64,000 nt of DNA from positions 64,001-128,000 of the IMG/VR virus record IMGVR_UViG_3300032308_002246; one strand, 5' to 3'. The notes below the pieces were generated by a model. That model saw only the letters and a list, made by a program, of their open reading frames with translations. It was not told the origin of the DNA and searched no databases. A program made the position numbers and the translations under genes. Source of the stretch: a virus. Of the stretch, positions 20,578-30,000 are shown one piece after another (position 1 is the stretch's first letter; the number at the start of each line of letters is the position of its first letter).

Positions 20578-21078
20578 CTATTTACTTCTGTTTTTCCATT
20601 TTTCCGGAATCATGTCTTGCCGCCCCAAAGATATGGCTCTTTTTATTATGTGCTTTTTTGCTCTGGCCTTGTTTTTTGCTCGACCATAAGCATAAATTGC
20701 GTTCTCTAAATCTGATTCATTTTCAATTGGGTATGAGCCATCAGGTAATGCCATCCCGGTTTTTGCAAGCTTTTCACGTGATTCTTCGCTGAACAATCTT
20801 TTTTCATTTAAGTAAGAAAGCTCGTTCAATTTATTCACAAGTTCGTCAACCAAAAGTGGACCCATTGATTTAGCGTCAACAAGCACTACGCCTTTTTCGT
20901 TTGCAGATGACTCAAATCCGTATTTTTCTAGAATTTGGTCAACTTCTGTTTTGAGATTGAATATCTCCGACAATTCACTTTGGATAACAATTTCTTCTTG
21001 AAGCGTATTGTCAAGAGATTCAAGACTTTTTATTGACATTTCATATTTGTTTGTTTGAGTTGAAGTATATATTTTCAT
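20578..21078 (-). CDS. DUF6582-like head-associated protein
   Basis: GMALPDGSYPIENESDLENAIYAYGRAKNKARAKKHIIKRA motif. Confidence 0.7.
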   Translation of the reverse strand: MKIYTSTQTNKYEMSIKSLESLDNTLQEEIVIQSELSEIFNLKTEVDQILEKYGFESSANEKGVVLVDAKSMGPLLVDELVNKLNELSYLNEKRLFSEESREKLAKTGMALPDGSYPIENESDLENAIYAYGRAKNKARAKKHIIKRAISLGRQDMIPEKWKNRSK

Positions 21079-21084
21079 ATGAAA

Positions 21085-24000
21085 TTACCCTCTATCTCGT
21101 GGAACCGTGATTCCAGGTATGTTGTATCTTGGGAAGTTGGATGAGTAAAGCCTTGTTGGGTCCTCAAGTGACACTCCGCTTCTCGTCTTTTCCATTGCAT
21201 CAATCTGTGAAACACCATCAACATCTCTGTTCTCAAGCATTTGCCTTCTGAGTTGCAGATAGAACCAGTTCCTTCGTTTTTGAAGCTTTGGAAGGTAAGA
21301 CACAAGCTTTCTTACTTCGGCTTTTTTCTTATCACGAGCATCTCCAGCATGTGTCCTCATTCTTGACAAATACTCAAGTCTTCCGATGATTGTGTCAAGG
21401 GCTGCGTCTGAAGCTGTCCATCCAGAGAAAAGCATGTATTCAGAAGCTTCTTCGGCACCACCATATGGAAGAACGGCATCACCTTCTTCGTACTCTCTTA
21501 TGGCGGCTTCCGCGTTGCCCTTTGTCACTCTTGCACCATTTCTTCTAACTGGGTCATTTGATACATATCTGCTCCCAGGTATTCTTCTCATTTCCCCAGC
21601 TGGCCCATCGTCAAATGGGAGTTCTGGCTGTTCGTTTTCAAAAACCCCAGATTCAATGATTGGGTTCTGGGGTTGCTCTTGTCTTTGTGGTGGGTTTTGT
21701 GAAGAAACCCGTGATGGGGCGAATGGATTAAATGTTCTGTCGTTTCTGTCCATTCTCTTAGCACCACTAAGAGCCTCAAGCCTGCTGTCAAAAGGACGGC
21801 TAGCCGTAACATTCCTGTTAGCCGTGTCAATTATCACCCACTTGCCATCTTGGGTTGGTTTTATGTCGTATCTTTGCGGAACAAAACGTCTGCCCATTGC
21901 GCCAACAGGACCACCATCGCCGCCGTCAGAACCATATGGAGGACTGTTGAACAACTTGTTAAGTTCTTCAATTTCACGCGCAGTGTCTACGTCAATGTCC
22001 GGTTCAGTCGTTTCTTGACCATATGAGAAATAACCAGCATAAGGTCCGCCAAGGTCATCTATTTCTTCTACTGAGCGTTCATTGCCATTTGCATCGTAAA
22101 GTATGTTCTTGTTTCTTTCGGTTGCTGATTGGAACCAATCAGAAAATCCATCTCCAAGCTCTGCTCTTCTTCTTGCAATAAGTCTCTCAAATGTCTTGCG
22201 TCTATCGTTCTGAATCATCCGCTCAGCTCTCTCAAACGGGGTCATCAAAGCTGCCATACGTGCCTCAAGTATTTCTTTACCCTTTTTGGAGTAATCAACA
22301 ACTTGATTTGCAGATATATCTAAATCTCCGGCGACAGAAAGAATATCGTAAGGCATTCCATCCATCTCGCCCATTTCATCTCCACTCATTTGTGAGTCAA
22401 ATATTCTTTGCGTGAGGTAGTGATGAATATCAATTAAGTCATCGTCTGTCGGATTTTCCCAATCCCTGTCTTCAATCGTAGAAAATCTTTTTCCAATTTG
22501 TTCTGCAACAATTTTCCAGTTGTCGTCGCCGTAAACCTCGTAGAGCCTTCTGTCAACATGCCTACTACCGCTAATTGGGTTTTCAGGCATTGAACCAGAA
22601 GACATAAGCCCAACTGGACCTTGAGGGGGATTCTGTTGTATTTCTCTAATCGCGGCTTGTGCGTCTTCTGAGTCAAAGTATCTTCTTTGAATTTCTCTAC
22701 CAACAGATTTTAGCTCTTTCATAATTGCAGATTTAGCGGCTCTGTCTTTTCGATGCGGTCTTCCATATGAACCGAATAGCTTTTCCATTGCATCGTTCCA
22801 TGCGCTCACAAGTTCATCATCAGACATATCTGAAACATTTTTGCCAGACATTGCCCCAATAGGTCCAAAATCATCATAAGAAAGATTCATCTCCCTGTAG
22901 GCATAGTCTATATTTTTAATCAACTGCCTTGGGCTCATGTCTGAGTCAATGCGCATTTCAAGTTCATCAAATGTAATGTCTCCAGATTCAAGCTGACTTA
23001 TAATTTCATCAACGGCATCAAGTGAGCGTATTTCATTTGCTCTTTCTCTATCTACAACATTTAGTCTTCGTCTTATATTTTGCTGACTGGTTGAATGTCT
23101 CTGAGCAAGCTGCGCTATTGCTTGTCCCTCTGGCACCGATGAAAGCAAATCTGTCAATTCGTTGTAAATCTGAATGTTGTATGAATCGTCAATTTTTCTT
23201 TCTTCTGTATCTCTAGGTCTTACATACCTTCCCATTTTCCCAAAAGGAGAAGAATTCATTTCTGGGTCAAATGGCATTGTCCCAGAAATCTCGTATTCAC
23301 CATTTTCAAGCCTCGTAATAGAAACACCAAACTCATCCACATATGGACCATTTGCAGTTTTCATTATTCTCTCAAGTGCGGCGTATCTGTCTAAGACATC
23401 GTTAAGCTGCGAGTCATTCCTGTTAGCAGAATTAAGTATTCTAGAAAGCAATCTTTGCGATTCAGCTTTTCTTTGTGCATTCGGCATTGACGCATATGTT
23501 GAATCGTGCTTATTTGGTTTCCAAAATTCAGTTGGAGAATAGTTTGGAACACGTGCGGCGTTCAATCCCAGTGAACCAACCGGGCCGGTATCAAAGCTAT
23601 TAATTTGATTTTGTCTACTTGCTCTAGCAAGTTTTTCTTTGGCTCTGTTGTAGGCTGCAATATCTGAAGCACTTGACACCGCAAAACTTCTTCTGTCTCC
23701 GCCAATTCGACGGCTCAATTCATCTAGTGAATACGGCAGAGATGTTGGTATTGGTTCTGCAGTTGACCTAACGGCAATCATGTATGGGTCAAATATCTTT
23801 CGTTGGCCATCTGCTTTGTCTGTTGCATGTAGAGATACATTGCCGTCTGCATTTTTGACAAACTTGACAAGTTCAACTGCGTAAACTTTATTTCCGTATG
23901 GGAACTCTGCGTCAATCACATCCCTGTCTGCTGTTGCCAGCGTATTTGCAACGGTTCCTTGATTATCGTCAAGAGATATGAACAAAGTTCTGTCTCGTGC

Positions 24001-27000
24001 ACCCCTTCTGAGCGCAGTTGTCTGAGCAACGATATCAGCAGTTCTTTTCTGCCTCTCTGTTTGTCTTTCCTTTGGTCTGGCTTGCTCCTCACGTGGTGGA
24101 GTTCTTTCTTGCTGACCGGGCTGTTCCTCTCTTGGTCTTCTGTTGCCTGAATCCTCTTCAGTGGGTCTGCTAGTTGATTCATTGCGAGGTCTGCGTTCAC
24201 CACGTGGTTCTCTGCGTGGTCTTCTTTGACCCGTCTCGTCTTGCGCCTCCGCCTCTGGTTTTGGTTTCTCAGACTTTCTTCCGTACATTCTGTCAGTTCT
24301 AAAATTCTTTTCCTTACCGTCTTTTTCATCAATGCCGACGATGTATGCGCCAAGAAGTTCGCCGTCTCTGCCAAAACGCTCTTCGTATCTTGGTTCGGTA
24401 ACTGTTCTTTTTTCTGGTCTGTCTGCATCTGGTTTTAGATATTCAAAAGAAATTCCAAGACCGGAATCGCTTGCATCATTTACTGCTTTTTTGATGTCTG
24501 ATTCGGTGAAGTTTTTGCCAAGTATTATTTCGGTATCTGTTTCAATAACAGGAGCAGATGAGTCAGAGCCAAGACCATAAAGGCCAAGCTTTTCATATTC
24601 CGCTTTTATCTCTTGTGCAGTTACTGTTTCCCCAGCCTTTGTCCTTATGTCTGCTTCAATTTCCCATGGCTTTGCCGAAATGAATACGCCATCTGTTGCT
24701 GGATGTCTTCCTCTTTGGGTTCTAATCTTTTCTGTAGTTTCATCAAAGATTTCACCAAGTTCTTCTTGTGGCCAGTCTTCATATGAGAACAGGTCCCCAG
24801 CTACTGGGTGATTCCATTTGACCAGATTGCCATTGTCGTCTTCTGCAACCAAAAATACTGGACCAGTAGAGTTTGAACCAACATTCTTGTGTTGATACTT
24901 AGTTATCTCTCCGGTCAACTTGTTTACATATGTAGAAACAAATTTTCCATCGTCTTCAACTTCTGATTTGTCTATGGCCGGTTCGCTAACTCCAACTGTT
25001 GGAGAGCTTGGTCTTGTAGAAGTTTGTCCAGTTTGTCTGGCAGCACGATTTTCTGCCATTCTTTGTTTTGTTAGGTTTCGTAGTCTGTCCCACTGCTCAG
25101 GCATCAAGCCACCATCAATGTCGTACCTATACAGAATTTTTTCAATCTCTGCATCATCCTGTTCAAGCATTCGTGCAGCATTTACTAAACGTTTTGCATC
25201 TTCTGGGTCTGCGCCAAGCAGTTCTCCAGTTTCCTTATTTACTTTAAGTACAGCTTCTTCTCCTGGCGCAAGAGTGTATCCACCATCTCCGCTTTCGAAC
25301 TTGTCAATCAATGACGATGCGTAAGACCACTGTCTATCTGAAAGACCGCCATTTTTTGCGTACTGGTAGTACATGTCGCTTAGAACTGAATAGTTCTTTT
25401 CTGGGCCAGTAAGGTCTTTTTTATCTTTTGAGTTTACTGTTGCTCTAAGAGCATCAAAATCTGGACTATTTCTAAGCGTGTGAATTTTTTCTATCACCGA
25501 AGGACCGAAGTCTGGAGTGTTTGGACTTTTAGTAACAGACAAGTCATCGCTACCTTGGAATCGCCACTTCCATGAGTCCATGGTCCAGAATTTTTCATCA
25601 GGTCCACTTTCAAGTCTTCTTAACTTTTTATTTCTGGCTACTCGTTTTGCATTTCTTTCATCCTCATCCCAGCTCTCAGACATATCAGAAGTTGCAAAAA
25701 CTGTACCGCCGAGCCTGAAGTAGGAAGGCTCGCCATCGTATCCAGCGCGGTCATTCCAAGAAACAACTCTCAAACCTTCTCTTGGAGAAGTTTGAATTGG
25801 TATAGGACGCAATTCTTCAGTTCCATCTGAGTTAAGGAATAAACCTTGTGGAAACATTTCATCGTCAAGGAACATTCCACGCTCAGCAGCTCTAGCCATT
25901 GCCTGAGCCTCAGTTTGAGTAACAAATGAATACTCTGGAGTATCAACAACCATGTAGTTGTATCCACCATCTTCTGCCAAAAGTTTTCTGCCCAACATTT
26001 CGTGCAGTTCTGGTTGGTTGAATCCACGCACTCTGCGGAGGTATGGCTTCTCCTGCATTGGAACACCGTCGGCAAGGTCTTCTGTAAAGTCGTATTCTTC
26101 TACTATTCCATCGTCTGCATTGGCATAAATTCGTACTTTTTTGTTCTGTCGAATCGCCATTGCACCAATCGGACCATCTGAAAGGTATTCGTTTATTTCA
26201 TTGTCTAGTTCTGTCTTGCCTATGTATTTTCTATACAGGCTGCCGTCGCTTGCATCTGCTTCAACAAAAAATCCTTCGTCGTCAACTCCGTATCTGGTGT
26301 TTGAAACGGATGGCGGCTTTGACGTTGAGCCATCTGCTTTTCTTAGAGTGCGCAAAGACTTTGTCAACCTTGAATCAACATCGTCAATTCTTAAATTGAA
26401 ATCTTTTGCAATATCTGCATTTGTTGCGCCGTAGAGTTTTTGAGACATTATGTCTCTATCTGTTCCATCAAGCAGGTAACCGTGTTCTCTCATCAGGTAG
26501 CGCATCTCAGAGCGCTCTGGGGTCTCTGTAGCAGAGAGAATGGTTGCTTGTGCTTTTACAATCTTTACAACATCATTTCTTGAAATATCGTTGTCTTTTG
26601 CTATTTGCTCAATTGATGAATTTCCAAAACTTGAGTAAACATTTCTCATCAGCTTTTCTGGGTATGAACTCTCTTCATTGTTGTCATTGCTGATGATTCT
26701 GTTTATTGCTTTTACTGCACCAGAAGGACCGTCTGGAGCGTTGATGCCGGAATAGGGTTCTCCGGTTACCGAGAAGTTACTCAAAAAGCTGTTTATTATG
26801 TTTGGAAGATACTCGTCAAGCTCTGCGTCATCAGAGTCGTTTTGTTTTAAGTAGCTCTTCTTACGACCGGTTGAGTCAAAAACTTCAGATGCAAAACCAT
26901 CCGGAAGAGCTCTTTCATACGAAGACATTCTGCCAACAGGGCCTGAGCCCAAACCTCTTTTGGCAATTTCTTTTCTTACTTCTTCTAATGTGTCTTCTCC

Positions 27001-30000
27001 AAGATTTGTTAGTGCAACTGCATAGTTGATTTCTTCTTGCAATTCAGAAACTTTTTCTAAATCTCTTTCAATTCTTGCAATTTTCTTACGCTCAAGTGCG
27101 TCCATGATGTCGTCTTTTATTTCTACAACATACTTATCAAACTTTTGCAGATTTTTTAAAAGTGATTCATCGCTGAGCTTTGGAATTTCTTCTTTAATTT
27201 TTCTGCCAGCTATAGAAGAAATTTTTCTCATTTCTTCTGCTGTATCTATGGAGTCAAGTAAATCAATATCTTCTTTTGTTAGTTCGTCAATCATTGCTCT
27301 CTGTAGAGAGTCGGCAAGCGCATTGTTGGCTTCATCCGAGCCCCTTGGGTACCCAGCAATAGTGTCTGTTTCAGGAGTTAGTTCAAGCCCACTTAGTCTT
27401 GGTCGCTCTGGTGATGGTGCTGCGTCTAGTCCTGTCCCACGAAGTCTTGGGCGCTCAGTCGGTGCTCCTGGTGTTATTGCAGTTCCACGCAATCTAGGTC
27501 TCTCTGCAGGGGTTTCTGTCGTTAAACCAGTCCCACGAAGTCGTGGTCTTTCTGGTGATGATTCTGGTGGAGAAACTCTTATTCTTGGTCTTTCTGTAGG
27601 TGTTTCTGCAGATGTTGTCGGTGGAGAAACTCTTATTCTTGGTCTTTCAATTCTTGATGCAGGGCTTCCGTCGCCACGGTCAAAAACTACACCATCTTCT
27701 CCATCATCAATTGAATCAAAAGATTCATCAAAACCATCAAAATCAACAAAGGAGTCTCCTGTCGACATTCTTCCAACAGGTGCGCTGTAGAAAATCCTGC
27801 TAAAAGGTTTATCTTTTAGAGTCCTATCTTGACCTTTTAAATCGTCGACAGACTCGGCTGCCCTTATTGACTCCGTCCATTTTGCATTGGCCATTGAGCC
27901 AACAGGCCCATTGTCAATCACCATGGAGTCTTGCAACTTTCTCATTGCAATCTGTTCTTGTCTTCTTACAGTTTGTCTATCTGTGCCAAGTCTTGCTGCG
28001 GCTTCTTGGAGAGTCTCCCCATCAAGTCTTCTCTTCATCAAATCTGTTTGTTCGTCGGTAAGAGTTGAAGCAGGGTCATCAAGCATTCTTCTTGTTACTC
28101 TGTTTGGACTGTTCTCATCCATGCCACGAAGTTTTGACATGTGTCTAAGCTCAAGCTGTCTTGCTTTTTGTCTTGAAACTTTGAATCTCGAAGCCGCTTC
28201 TTCAAGTGAAATTCCATCATTTTCTCTTGCAAGGAATATTTGTCGTCCAAGTTTTTCTTCTCTAAGAAGTCTTTTTTCTCTTGCTGTAAGAATCGAGTCG
28301 TTTGGCAAGGAAGACATTGCTCCACGTGGGGAATCAACATCAATTACTCCTGCTTCTTCAGGTCTCATTACATATGGGAGGTCTCTGTTATTTCTTCTTC
28401 CCATTTCATTTATGTATCTCTCAACGGTTCTAGGAGAAATTTTAAACTTACGGGCTACTTGTTCATAAGCTCTTTTTGTATTTTTATCTTTTGATACAGT
28501 ATTGAATTCATTGAATACTTTTTCCGCAGTATCCATGTCAACTGGTCGTTGGTCTTGTGGGAATCTTCTTCCATCAGCCATGCGACCTACAGGACCACTA
28601 GATGCTCTCTGTGGGACTCTTTGTGGAACTGGTGTTCTAGTTGGAACAGGAACTCTCTCAGGTTCTCTCTGTGGCACTCGTTCAGGAACTCGTTGCGGTT
28701 CTCTCTGTGGAACACGCTCAGGAACTCTTTCTGGTTTTCTTTCAGGAACAGTTGCTGGTCTTGCTGGTTTAATTGCTGGCTTGGCTGGTTGTACTTCTGG
28801 AATTTCTTCCGGAACTTCAACTGGTCTTGGGACAGCAGGCATGTCTGCTTCGCCAGGTCTCTTGGCGCGTCTTGGTTTAGATACGCCTCTCTTGCCTCGA
28901 GACCTTGGTGCTTTTGGGATATCAAAATCACTCCCAGGAGTTGGGTCAACTACGCCACGCCCTCTGTTGATAGTTGGAATTCCTTCAAGAACATATAGGT
29001 CGTTATCAGCGTTACGGGCAGTAAACGCATTCATATTTCTTGGTGTTCTCCCAATTGCATTACCAATAGCTTTTTGTTCAAAAGAATCCAATACATTTGA
29101 TAAAGCTTTATAAGCAGCAACACTGACTTTGTCAATGTCTGGAATAACAATTCCGTTTTCTAAAACTTTTACATCAAATGAATGGTATTCAGCAATTGTG
29201 TTGATTATTTCAAAAGCTTCAATTTTCTCTGCATTATCTTCTGGCTCCAAGAAAAGATGTTCGCCTCTATTTGCAGACTTAAACTCTTCAAGTGTGCTTA
29301 GATGATTTGGAACCGAGCATAATGTTTCACCTTTTGCGCAATCGTCACAACATGCTTCATGTGGAACAGCAGCCGAAGACATTGCGTCGTAAAGACTTCC
29401 ATTTGTTTGTGGCATGGATATGACCATTGCACTAGGTGTTCCACTGTCACCGATACGACTTCCGTTTGAATTATTTGTAGGTATATAGACGGTTTCTGGT
29501 TTTACTTGTTGCGCCGTTCCGAACATAAACTCATCACCATCAAAGTGGTAAGCGACTCTTAGTGTCTCAACAGCCTGACCGGCACCCATCTCAAAAATTG
29601 CAATGTCGTTATCGGCGTTAACTAGTCTTACCGCTCCGCCAAAGTGTGAAGCAAGTGCTCTTGTCAGGTCAGCCGCTCTTCCAACTACTGAGTTTTCTGA
29701 ACTGTTCATTGCCTCGTAAATTGCGCTTACATGGTTTTTTGTTTCCGAGCTTTCGCTGTCGTCTTTTTTCTTTGTATTGCTATAACGCTCAAGGAGTCTT
29801 CTTCCTTTTGCAGCAAGTTTTGCAGCGTCTTCCATATTCTTTGGAACTGGCTCACCCCATGCAGCCGCCGAAAGAGCAAGTCTTGTTGGTTCTCCATTTG
29901 GCTTTTTCATTGGGCCAGATGGGTTTGTAAAAAATCTTGTGAGAAATGAACCCTTGCGGCGCATCTTTTCTGGTGTGTCAGCTGGACCCTTAACGCCAGG

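Noticed and set aside
21589-28596. PxGxM as a 2A-like ribosomal skip or as internal translation starts
   Set aside because: There is no DxExNPGP consensus and no consistent SD at the right spacing, and some copies have L, I or V instead of M. A protein-level signal fits better.
27390-28750. Short DNA repeats as a CRISPR array
   Set aside because: They are in-frame degenerate coding repeats with no constant repeat/unique spacer structure.
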